Below the pieces are notes generated by a model, which saw only the letters and a list, made by a program, of their open reading frames with translations, was not told where the DNA came from and did not search any database. Below, piece after piece: positions 1 to 11,482 of a DNA stretch of 64,000 bases (positions within the stretch are counted from its first letter, which is position 1; the number at the start of each line of letters is the position of its first letter). The position numbers were made by a program, and so were the translations under genes. This DNA is from Malacoraja senta (lineage: Eukaryota), in assembly GCA_038087875.1 (NCBI GenBank), contig CM075990.1, forward strand, positions 7,814,001 through 7,878,000, read 5' to 3'.

Positions 1-16
1 GATGTCCTTCTTCTCT

Positions 17-274
17 GGGGCGGTACGGTGGCACAGCGGTAGAGTTGCTGCCTTACAGCACCGAAGACCCGGGGTTCAATGCCAACTGTTTGCGCTGTCT
101 GTATGGTGTTTGTACGTTCTAGCTTGTGACCGCGTGGGTTTTCTCCGAGATCTTCGGTTTCGTCCCACACTCCAAAGACGTACAGGTATGTAGGTCAATT
201 GGCTTGGTATAAATGTAAATTGTCCCTAGTGTGCAGGGATCACTGGTCTCGGTGTTTCTAAACTAAACTAAACT
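17..274 (+). mobile_element. tRNA-derived V-SINE (HE1-like)
   Basis: Head ggtggcacagcggtagagttgctgccttacagc with A/B-box-like motifs; V-domain gtttgtacgttct...gcgtgggttttctcc...cccacactccaaagac; (AAACT)n tail. Confidence 0.85.
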
Positions 275-934
275 TCAGACTGGAAGAAGGGCTGAAGAAA
301 GGTCTTGACCCGAAACGTCACCCATTCCTCCAATCCAGAAATGCTGCCTGTCCCGCTGAGTTACTCCAGCATTTTGTGTCTGTCTTCAGTGTAAACCAGC
401 ACCCGCAGTTCTTTCCTCTACCAGGGAAGCAGTTAAAGCAACAAGGCCACCGCGTCCCGTGACGGATGCAGATTTATTGTTAGACGTTAACGAACCTCCG
501 GAGGGAGATAAAGCCCGGAATCCTGAGGAGGTTAGAAATGTATCGCAACACTGATCTCTCCGAGCAGGAGCCAATGACAATCTCAATAAATTGTGATGGC
601 TTTGTAAGCTTCCAAGGCCTGCGCTCCAACCTCCATTTTATATCTGTGTTTTTAATAGAGCGCAGGAAATACAGGAGCATCGAGTTCTGATCGATGGCTC
701 CGTTTGTTTGGCAATCAAGAAAAGTCTGACTGACTGCTGGAAGATGGCAAGTGGTGGCAACGGGAACAGATGTCACAGTAATAAGCCAAGGTCAGGGCTA
801 TAACTCACACTCATTGCCGTGGTGACGGAGACTGAGACGCACCCTGGTGGATGGCTGCAGCGCAGACCGTGCCTGCTTCTCAGCAGCAGAACGTGGCCCA
901 GCTCTGTACCGGACCCTATCAGCTGTGGCAGCAA

Positions 935-1330
935 ATAACCATTGACGTCCCAGCCTTGCCAACCAGACACACACACACAGGTCTATTAACCATTGACGTC
1001 CCAGCCTTGCCAACCAGAAACACACACACAGGTCTATTAACCATTGACGTCCAAGCCTTCTCAGCCAGACACACAGGTCTATTAACCATTGACGTCCAAG
1101 CCTTGCCAACCAGAAACACACACAGGTCTATTAACCATTGACGTCCCAGCCTTGCCAACCAGAAACACATGCACAGGTCTATTAACCATTGACGTCCCAG
1201 CCTTGCCAACCACCAGACACACAGGTCTATTAACCATTGACGTCCCAGCCTTGCCAACCACCAGACACACAGGTCTATTAATCATTGATGTCCCAGCCTT
1301 GTCAACCAGACATAAGTATTAACCATTGGT
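935..1330. repeat. ~50-bp minisatellite, about 8 copies
   Basis: Unit acacacaggtctattaaccattgacgtcccagccttgccaaccaga; degenerate units continue at 1628-1755 after a SINE insertion. Confidence 0.95.
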
Positions 1331-1346
1331 TAACCATATTGACCTT

Positions 1347-1630
1347 GCGGTAGAGATGCTGCCTTACAGCGCCAGAGACCCGGGTTCGATCCTGACTACG
1401 GGTGCTGCCTGTACGGTTTGCACGATCTCCCTGTGACCACGTGGGTTTTCTCCAGGAGCTCTGATTTCCTCCCACAGTCCAAAGACGTGCAGGTTCGTGG
1501 GTTATTTGGCTTTGGTAACATTGTAAATTGTTCCTTGTGTGTGTGTGTGTGTGGGATGATATTAGTGCATGGGGTTCACTGTTGGTGGGCCGAAGGTCCT
1601 GTTTCCACACTGTATCTCTAAATGAAACTT
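1347..1630 (+). mobile_element. V-SINE (HE1-like)
   Basis: Same head and V-domain; CR1-like 3' end gggccgaaggtcctgtttccacactgtatctcta. Confidence 0.85.
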
Positions 1631-2875
1631 AACATTGAAGTCCCAGACTAGACACAATTATGAACTAGACACAAACAGATCTATTAACCTTTGAGGTTCC
1701 AGCCTTGTTTCGCAGACACAATCAACACTATTAACCATTGAAGTCTCAGCATTAGCAAATGGATATCTCGAATCTGAACTAAACTAACGATACAATCTAT
1801 GGTCAGAGGGTGGTGAATCTGTGGAATTCTTTACCACAGAAGGCTGTGGAGGCAAGGTCAGCGGATATATCGAAGGCAGAGATAGATAGATTCTTGATTA
1901 GTACAGGTGTCAGGGGTTATGGGGAGAAGGAAGGAGAATGGGGTTAGGAGGGAGAGTTAGATCAGCCACGAATAATGGCGGAATAGACTTGAATGGTCTA
2001 ATTCTGCCCCTATCACATGATCTTATGATAATCAGCTTTTTCCGTCACAGAAAGAGAGTGTCTACAGAGAGCTGTTTATTATAAGCGACATCAATTTATT
2101 CATTAGATCGTAGCGATTTACCGTGAAGGTAACGGGGAAGTCGACTTAACCCTTGGGCTGGGGGCTGCTCTACCGTTATCTCTCCACTGGGTCACTTCTC
2201 AGTGTGGACACAGAGAAAAAAACACAACTGATAATAAATGTCTGATTCTACAAATGTGAACTGTTTACCACTTGAATAACAGCTTCTCAATGCAGCAATT
2301 ATGCAATGCAACACCTCAATTCTCAGTTAAATTTCAAGCGGTAGTGTAAAACCTAGCTTTGTAATAGTCCAAATTAAGACCGCAATATCACCCAAAATGT
2401 CACCCATTCCTTCTCTCCAGAGATGCTGGCTGACCCGCTGAGTTAGTCTTGCATTTTGTGTCTATCTTTGGTGTAATCCAGTATCTCTGCCTATCAGTTC
2501 CTTCCTACACATGTAAATCCATCATTTGACCAACTCAATGCTGCAATACCTTGTATAATATTTAACTTTTAACACCACAATGCAAATACTCCGTTACTCT
2601 TTTGTGGAAGATTGAACCTTCTGTAATTCAGTTGCATTAATACTGCAATGCTCATTTTTAACTCCTGTAAAACCTCCAATTAAATCTCTCTCTGTCTTTC
2701 CATCAGATCCAAGCCACTCAGTATTTCTGTATGATCCTGAAGCAATACTGCAATGTTCATTCTTTCAATCTCCAGAATGAACCACTTAAACAATCCCTTT
2801 AAACCTCCAGTGCAGCCGACAAACTCCAACATTGACCATTTAGCTCCACTGTGGTACTGTTTTAATGTTATGTCT

Positions 2876-3119
2876 TTAAGAAGGAACTGCAGATGCTGGA
2901 AAATCGAAGGTAGACAAAAGTGATGGAGAAACTCAGCGGGTGCAGCAGCATCTATGGAGCGAAGGAAATAGGCAACGTTTCGGCCCGAAACCCTTCTGGG
3001 TTTCGTCCCGAAACGTTGCCTATTTCCTTCAGGGTTTCGGCCCGAAACGTTGCCTATTTCCTTCGCTCCATAGATGCTGCTGCACCCGCTGAGTTTCTCC
3101 AGCACTTTTGTCTACCTTG
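2876..3119. mobile_element. Penelope-terminal-repeat palindrome with TSD
   Basis: Head-to-head arms (aaggtagacaaaagtg...gcaacgtttcgg / ccgaaacgttgc...cacttttgtctacctt); 12-bp TSD AATGTTATGTCT at 2864-2875 and 3120-3131. Confidence 0.85.
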
Positions 3120-3420
3120 AATGTTATGTCTGTTACTTAATGTCACACTAAAACCCTTTGATTCTGCTGTAATCATAAAACTATTGAATGGTGCAGCTTG
3201 GAGCGAGGCACTTTGGCCCATTGCGGTTGTACTAGCCCTGCAGCAGTATGTCCAACATGCTCCAGTCCTGTGTAGGCCTCCACCTCCATGGAACTTCTAC
3301 TATTCACTTTAATTGTGCGCCCTGTTCTTTGCAATTCTCCTGGTATCGGAAACCTGGTCCCCACTGCCTCAATTTAATCTCCCCTTAACAATCCTTCTTC
3401 TGCCATCTTCCCACATAAGT

Positions 3421-3730
3421 GGGTGGCGCAGCGGTAGAGTTGCTGCCTTGCAGCGTCAGAGACCCGGATTCGATCCCGACTACGGGTGCTGCCTGTACGG
3501 AGTTTGGACCTTCTCCCCGTGACCTGCGTGGGTTTTCTCCATGCGCTCCGATTTCAACCCAGTTTCCCAAGACGTACAGGTTTATAGGCTAATTGGCTTT
3601 GGTAAAAGTTATAAATTGTACCGCGTGTGTGTGTGGGTCCAATAGTGTTAGTGTACGTGGATCACTGGTCGGAGTGGACTCTGTGGCCCATTGGGCCTGT
3701 TTCCGCACTATATCTCTAAACTAACCTAAA
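3421..3730 (+). mobile_element. V-SINE (HE1-like)
   Basis: Full head, V-domain, CR1-like end and tail. Confidence 0.85.
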
Positions 3731-4599
3731 GTGAAATCCTTCATACCTGGAACCATTCCCTCGCATCCTCTCCAATGAGTTGGTTTCCTTCCGAAAGTTC
3801 ATGTGATTGGAGCAGAATTAGACCATTCGCCAAATCATGTCTCGCTCCCCCATTCAATCATGGCTGATCTATCTTTCCCTCTCAACTGCATTCTCCTGCC
3901 TTCTTCCCAAACCCATGACACCCGTACTAATCAAGTATCTATCTATCTCTATTCATTGACATGTCCTCCACAGCTTTCTGTGGCAAAGAGAGAGCCCAGA
4001 CTCCAGCACAGACTGCAGTTTGTAAAAGGTTAACAGAGTTTCTCTCTTCTGTTGAGAAAGCAAAGGTTTTGTTTGCTTTTCTAACAGCCTGTTAAATACA
4101 GCTTCACATCTTCAAAGAAATCTCCAGAGCCCACGCCTGCATCCGCCTTAAAACTGCATCAATTGTAGAAAGGCAGCAGCCTGATAAAATGGAAATCAAT
4201 GGGCATCAAGAGGTAAACATCCCCCTGGTTTAATTACACTTTACATGGAGATTGGGCAGTCGATCATCTCAGCACCCATGCATTAGAGCAGGCTTTCCTC
4301 GCGATTGTGTCTGAGACCCAACTATCTTCACTTGTTCATCCATGTCCCTCCTTCCATGTGGAGGCCAGGGGTGGGATGCTCCAAGCACCATTCCATTCAC
4401 AACTCCTCAACAAATGAAGCCATCTGTACCCTTCAGTCTGAAGAAGGGTCTCGACCCTTCTATCCAGAGATGCTGCCTGTCCCGCTGAGTTGCTCCAGCA
4501 TTTTGTGTCTACCTTTGGTTTTAACCAGTATCTGCAGTTCCTTCTGACACAAGCCATCTATAACCCCACTTAGTAAGTCCTCAAACATTCATGTCCATA

Positions 4600-5068
4600 A
4601 TACACAGGAGCAGAATGAGGCCATCTGCTGTTCAATCATGGCTGATCTATTTCTCCCTCTCAACCCCATTCTCCCCATAACCTTTGATGCCCTTTCTAGT
4701 CAGGAACAAATCAATCTCACCCTTAAAAATACCCAATGTCTTGGCCTCCACAGCCCTCTGTGGCATTGAATTCACCAGATTTACCACCGTCAGGCTAAAC
4801 AATTCCTCGTCATCTCCTTTTTAAAGGCAGGTCTTTTAATTCTGAGGCCGTATCCTCTGGTCCTAGATTCTCCCATTATTAGAAACATCATCTCCACGTC
4901 CACTCTATCCAGACCATTCACTGTTTGGGAAGTTTCAACGAGATTCCCCCTCATCCTTCTAAACTCCAGCGAGTACAGGCCCAGAGCTTTCAAACGTTCA
5001 TCATACATGGACCCATTCAGAGCCAGGATCATTCTCGTAATCCTCCTGGACCCTTTTCAAAGCCAGCA
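4600..5068 (-). mobile_element. CR1 LINE 3' fragment
   Basis: YDERLKALGLYSLEFRRMRGNLVET...SRTRGYGL (ORF 4790-5032). Confidence 0.85.
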
Positions 5069-5279
5069 TAAAATGTAGAAACAAAGAACTGCAGATGCTG
5101 GTTTGTACCAAAGATAGACACAAAGTGCTGGAGTAACTCAGCGGGACAGGCAGCATCTCTGGGGAGAACTGAATCGCCCATCCTTTTCCCCAGATATGCT
5201 GCCTGAACCACTGAATTCCTCCAGCATTTTGTATCTGTCAAAGCCAACACATTCTTACTCAGAAGGCCACATTTGGAGT

Positions 5280-5545
5280 GGTAAGAAAGAACTGCAGATG
5301 CTGGTAAAATCAAAGATAGACACAAAATGCTGGACAGGAATGGATGACGTTTCAGGTCGAGACCCTTATTCAGACTGATGTCAGGGGAGTGGGCGGGACA
5401 GAGATAGAATGTAGTCGGAGACAGTAGGACTGGTGGGAGAACTGGGAAGGGGGAGGGGGTGGAGAGAGAAAGCAAGGACTATCGGAAGTTCGAGAAGTCA
5501 ATGTTCATACCGCCGGGGTGTCAACTAACCACGCAAAATATGAGT
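5280..5545 (-). mobile_element. Penelope 3' fragment
   Basis: Terminal repeat plus gagaagtcaatgttcataccgc ORF end as at 56183-56204. Confidence 0.75.
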
Positions 5546-5840
5546 ATTGTGAGCACTTTTAGGCCACATATCTGAGTAAGAATGTGTTGGCTTTGACTGA
5601 TACAAAATGCTGGAGTAACTCGGGTACATACAATCAAATTAAGTAAGTGCAAGAGTTAGAGCAAAGGGGAAGAAACAGGGTGCAGAATCTCGTTCTCAGC
5701 ATTGCAGAGCAACAGTTCCCGAGGCAAAGTCCAATGTCCGCAGTGGGGTAGAGGTGAGTCAGACCGCACCCCGGGTTGTGGTGGGACCGTTCATGAGGCC
5801 GAAAACGCAGGGGAAGCAACTGTTGTTGGGTCTGGTGGTG

Positions 5841-6209
5841 TATATGGTGGCACGGTGACGCAGCGGTAGAGTTGCTGCCTTACAGCGCCACTGAAGCTAA
5901 GTATTGTAACATACCTAGTATATGGTGGCACTGTGACGCAGCGGTAGAGTTGCTGCCTTACAGCGCCAGAGCCCCAGGTTGGATCCTGATTATGGGTGCT
6001 GTCTGTACGGAGTTTGTACATTCTCCCCTGACCTGCGTGGGCTTTCCCTGGGGAGCACTAGCTTCCTCCCACACTGCAAAGATGTACAGGTTAGTAGGTT
6101 AATTGGCTTGGTATCATTGTAAATTGTAGGATAGTGTTGGTGTGCGGGGATGGCTGGTTGGCGCGGACTCGGTGGGCAGTTTCTGCGCAGAGGTCTAAAC
6201 TAAACTAAA
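5841..6209 (+). mobile_element. V-SINE (HE1-like) with duplicated 5' head
   Basis: tatggtggcac.gtgacgcagcggtagagttgctgccttacagcgcca occurs at ~5843 and again at ~5921 before the body. Confidence 0.8.
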
Positions 6210-7317
6210 AGTAGCTTCGCTCGCCATCCTGACTTGGAACGGGATCACCTGTCCTTCATGGTCACTGGGTCAGAGTTCTGGACCTTCCTCTCCAGTGTTA
6301 TGGTGGGAGTATCTTCATCACAAAGTCTGCAGCTGCTCAAAAAAGCAGCTCACCCTATCGTCCCAAGGGCATGGAAATAAGTCATAAATGCTGGCTTGGT
6401 GATAACACCAAATCCCTAGAAAAATGAAATAAAAAGTCCTAAAAAATTAATTCATTTTGCCGTGTATCATTCTTCAAACCAATGTATATTGTTCAAGTCC
6501 TGTGAGTTTAAGGCTGAGATAGATAGATTCTTGATTATTACGTCTGTCAGTGGTTATGGGTAGAAGGCAGGAGAATGGGGTTAGGAGAGAGATAGATCAG
6601 CCATGATTGAATGGTGGAGTAGATCTGATGGGCCGAATGGCCTCTCTACTATCACTTATAACCTGATGATCTTATGTCATTCCATTTCATCGTCGGTCTA
6701 TGACGTTCCATGTCCAATATCCTCACCGTTTATTATGTTTCCGAGTCTTGTCATCTTCAGACTGAAACAATGGCCGTTTACTGGATCCTGCTATCCATGA
6801 TGATAGTTTGAAAGATCTGTTTCTTGCTCTATCTATCTGAAGGAAGGAACTGCGGATGTGGATTTAAACCAAAGATAGACACAAAAAGCTGGAGTAACTC
6901 AGCGGGTCAGGCAGCATCTCTGAACCTGCCTTGTTTTCAATTTAGTATTAGTTTAATATATTAATGTCATGTGTACGGAGCTACAGTGAAAAGCTTTTCT
7001 AATCACCACTCTGTGGAATTGTCATTGATCTGACACCTCTCGATGTTGCTCCAAGTAGGGAGGAGATTGGACCTTATTTATTGCCTTCCATTGCAGCGAG
7101 GAACATGGGGAATCCACTGTGGTGGATGTTTATGTTAACTTTTATGTCGTTTTGTGTCTTGTTGCTGGATGGTAATTCGAATTTCACTGCACCTTAATTG
7201 GTACGTGACAATAAACTGACCTTGAAACCTTGAAGAATGCAGAGTTCAGCCAGCCTGACTGGCAGTGAACAACGTGTCATTTCAAGACTCTGACACTCAC
7301 GGACAGGGATGGTATCA

Positions 7318-7872
7318 TAGACGCAGACACACACACAAGCAGGTACGGACACACACACGCACGGACACAAACGCCCAGGCACACACGCACAGACACATAT
7401 GCATGCACGGATACACGCGCACGCACGGACACACATGCACACACACGCACGGACATCACAGACACACGCACGGAGACACACGCACGCACGGAGACACACA
7501 CACGCACGGAGACACACGCATGCACGGACACGCACACATGGACACGCACGGACACACACACGGACACACATGCACACACAGACACACACACACACGGACA
7601 TCACAGACACACACGCACGGACTCACGCACGCACAGACACACACACACACGGAGACACACGCATGCACGGACACACACACACGGACACATGCGCTAGGAC
7701 ACACACACACACACATGCACGGACACACACACACGGACACACACACACACACGGACACACACACACACACGGACACACACACACACGGACACACACACAC
7801 ACGGACACACAACCAGAGACACACATACTCACACAAATTCATATAATGACACACTCGCATATAGACACACTC
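7318..7872. repeat. Compound (CA)n/ACGG microsatellite
   Basis: Direct inspection; source of spurious HT/CV-rich ORFs. Confidence 0.95.
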
Positions 7873-7875
7873 AGT

Positions 7876-8186
7876 GTTTAAGAAGGAACTGCAGATGCTG
7901 GAAAATCGAAGGTACACAAAAATGCTGGAGAAACTCAGCGAGTGCAGCAGCATCTATGGAGCGAAGGAAATAGGCAACGTTTCGGGCCGAAACCCTTCTT
8001 CAGACTGATGGGGGGTGGGGAGAAGAAAGGAAAAAGGCGGAGGAGGAGCCTGAGGGCTGAGGGATGGGAGGAGACAGCCCGAGGGCTGAGGAAGGGGAGG
8101 AGACAGCAAGGGCTAACAGAATTGGGAGAATTCAATGTTCATGCCCCCAGGATGCAGACTCCCCAAGCGGAAAATGAGGTGCTGTT
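7876..8186 (-). mobile_element. Penelope 3' fragment
   Basis: Terminal repeat plus the purine-rich linker and ORF end (ttcaatgttcatgcc...ccccaagcggaaaatgaggtgctg), colinear with 55985-56245. Confidence 0.8.
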
Positions 8187-8592
8187 ACACTCACATGGAG
8201 ACACATACACACATCTACAAATATACATACATGCATATATATACATGTATATATGTATGTACATATGTACATATGTGTATGTGTGTATATATGTGTGTGT
8301 GTATATATATATGTATATATATATATGTGTGTATATATGTGTGTGTGTGTATATGCGTGGGTGTGTGTGTATATATGCTCACTCACTATACATATACACT
8401 ATATATATACACACACTCACATGGAGACACACGCATACACACATCTACATATATACATATATGCCTATATATATATACCCACATATATGCACTCATACAT
8501 ACAGATGCATGACCCACTCAAACATGCACATACTGACAAACTCAAATGCACACACAAGCATATGACACACACGCACACACACACATATATAT
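8187..8592. repeat. Compound (TA)n/(TG)n/(CA)n low-complexity repeat
   Basis: Direct inspection. Confidence 0.9.
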
Positions 8593-8833
8593 AATATCCA
8601 CACAACTCAAAATCATTTTGTACACTCTTCAAGTGCTCTATTCTTGGAAACTTGAATATTTGAATGCCAGGAATATTTTAACTTCACCAAATTTACTTAT
8701 TAATTCTCGATTTGTTGATTTCACAATGCGCCTGCAACACTCAGCTCCTCCACCAGATGGCAATGCTGAGCGGTAATTCTTCCAGCAGCGACACCCGATG
8801 GCGAGAGTGTTATTGGTGCAATCGCAGCAGGTC

Positions 8834-8951
8834 CACAGACACACAGACAGACACACACACACACACACAGACAGACAGACACACAGACACAGACACAAAC
8901 ACACACACACACACAGACAGACAGACACACACAGACAGACACACACAGACA

Positions 8952-8994
<43 letters not shown>

Positions 8995-9196
8995 ACACAC
9001 ACACACAGACAGACACACAGACAGACAGACAGACAGACAGACAACACACACATACACACACACAGACAGACACACACACAGACAAACACACACACAGACA
9101 GACACACACACACACACAGACAGACAGACAGACACACACACACACACACACACCCACAGACAGACACACACACACACACACACACACCCACACACA

Positions 9197-9294
<98 letters not shown>

Positions 9295-9386
9295 GACAAA
9301 CAAACAGATAGACACACAGACAGACACACAATTATATATAGACAGACAGATACACACACACATACACACATACACACACACACACA
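8834..9386. repeat. (CA)n/(GACA)n microsatellite
   Basis: Direct inspection. Confidence 0.95.
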
Positions 9387-9561
9387 GAGCTGGTGTGCAC
9401 CTGACACAACAGTGCATCGGAACAAATAAGACAGCAGGTATGTGCCACTTATAGGAGTACTCCAACCCAGGGGTTCGGAGTATGAAATGGTCAGCCAGCA
9501 TCCTCAGAGACCTACACCACCCCGAACACATTCTCATTTCACTCCTGTCATCAGAAGTATA

Positions 9562-10267
9562 GGGGGGTTGCACGTAAGGTCATCGGGTCAAAGGGCGTGA
9601 CGCACGGAGTAGCTCAATCCATGTGGAGGACATGGCAGCTTCCGGCACACACTGTTAACACACGGAACGCGTACCTTCTTCCCTGTTAAAAAACGGTAAA
9701 ATTGTCATTTTATGTGGTATAAATATTTGTGGGTGCTGTCATTGAAAGCGGGAAGGTTTGCTCTGAACCCGAGCACCAAGGTGTAAGTGGCCGAAGGAGC
9801 GCATCCCTCGGGACAGCCCCCACTTACGCGGGGGTCAGTGCTTTCCGGCCACGGCCGTCCCGTCTCCCTCTGTGGACCGCACTGTCACGGCCACACACGG
9901 GGCCGAGGTCGGAGCGGGGCTGGAGCGGGTGGAGCGGGGCCACGGCTCCGGGCAACGTCAGCTGCAGCAGAGTTGGGGACGGTCTGCTCCCTCCGCCCAC
10001 CCAGAGTCACTGACCGCGCTGCAGCGACACCCCGACCTCTTTCTCCACCCCAACCTCCCCCCAACCTCCTCCTCCCACCCCCGGCCACGGGGATAGACGG
10101 CCTGGGGTCCGCGGGTGTGCAACCAGTCCGGATGCTGGGCTAGTAGGGCCGGCTGTGCTGAGAGCCACAGTAAATGCCTACCTGCAGTTCATCGCGTGTA
10201 CTCCAGTTGGCGTTCCATGGCAACAGCAAGGGTCACGGGTCGTGACCTCGACTGCGTGCAACCTCCC
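9562..10267. mobile_element. Unclassified GC-rich MITE flanked by TATA
   Basis: TATAGGGGGGTTGCACG (9558-9574) and CGTGCAACCTCCCTATA (10255-10271), 16/17 complementary; interrupts a Rex1-like fragment. Confidence 0.7.
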
Positions 10268-10524
10268 TATAGGATCCTGAAAACAGGAGTATTCAGATTC
10301 AGTTGATTCTTCCCAACAATCTCCGGGCCATTAAACATTCCAACCTCAAATTGAGCTCTGAACTGCATCGATTTGAGGGAATTGTTCATGTCTTTGCACT
10401 ATTATTGTTTGATTTTTTTATATCGTGAACTTTGTGTTGTTCATTGTGGTGTTTACAGAGTACTATGTTTCCATATCTATTGTGTTGATGCCACTGTTCC
10501 CTTTCGGGACATATGACTATAAAA

Positions 10525-10775
10525 TGGCACAGTGACACAGCGGAAGAGTTGCTGCCTCACAGCACCAGGGTCCCAGGTTCAATCCTGGCCTCGGGTGCTG
10601 TTTGTCTGTGTGCGGAGTTTGCACATTCTCCCTATCCCTGGGTGCTCCATCCGGTTTCCTCCCACATCCCCAAAACGTGCGGGTTTGTAGGTTAACTGGC
10701 TTCGGGAAATTGTCCATGGGGTGTGGTGGATAACTGTTGTGAACTGTTTCCATGCTGTATCTCTAAACTAAACTA
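10525..10775 (+). mobile_element. V-SINE (HE1-like) whose tail seeds a 15-bp satellite
   Basis: Head, V-domain and ctgtatctctaaactaaact tail. Other degraded or partial copies at ~20200-20490, 40400-40565 and 43121-43276. Confidence 0.8.
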
Positions 10776-11453
10776 AAATTAAACTCAACTAAATTAAACT
10801 CAACAAAATTAAACTCAACTAAATTAAACTCAACTAAATTAAACTCAACTAAATTAAACTCAACTAAATTAAACTCAACAAAATTAAACTCAACTAAATT
10901 AAACTCAACTAAATTAAACTCAACTAAATTAAACTCAACAAAATTAAACTCAACTAAACGATATTCAACTAAAATAAGCTAAATGTAACTAAACTAAACT
11001 CAAGTGAAACACTTCCATTTCACCCTGACTGCAATGACACGTGCGGGTTTGTAGGTTAACTGGCTTCGGGAAATTGTCCATGGGGTGTGGTGGATAACTG
11101 TTGTGAACTGTTTCCATGCTGTATCTCTAAACTAAACTAAAATTAAACTCAACTAAATTAAACTCAACAAAATTAAACTCAACTAAATTAAACTCAACTA
11201 AATTAAACTCAACAAAATTAAACTCAACTAAATTAAACTCAACTAAATTAAACTCAACAAAATTAAACTCAACAAAATTAAACTCAACAAAATTAAACTC
11301 AACTAAATTAAACTCAACTAAATTAAACTCAACTAAATTAAACTCAACAAAATTAAACTCAACTAAACGATATTCAACTAAAATAAGCTAAATGTAACTA
11401 AACTAAACTCAAGTGAAACACTTCCATTGCACCCTGACTGCAATGACACGTGC
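10675..11453. repeat. Tandem duplication (~365 and ~410 bp units), each with a 15-bp (AAATTAAACTCAACW)n array
   Basis: 10677-11040 is repeated from 11041; ACGTGC at all three junction points; arrays at ~10777-10957 and ~11141-11367 differ in copy number. Confidence 0.9.
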
Positions 11454-11482
11454 TCGTCACACCGTGACGCTGACGCCTCCGG

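Noticed and set aside
17..90. tRNA gene-like sequences here and at 1347, 3421, 5846 and 10525
   Set aside because: tRNA-derived SINE heads continuing into the V-domain; no complete cloverleaf.
935..1330. CRISPR-like look of the regularly spaced repeat
   Set aside because: Units are contiguous with no unique spacers, no cas genes, and the context is vertebrate; it is a minisatellite.
2035..2380. Non-repetitive stretches that might be conserved non-coding elements (also ~4050-4330 and ~25380-25800)
   Set aside because: Conservation cannot be judged without alignments.
7194..9573. Many long ORFs rich in H/T or C/V
   Set aside because: Translations of (CA)n/(TG)n microsatellites.
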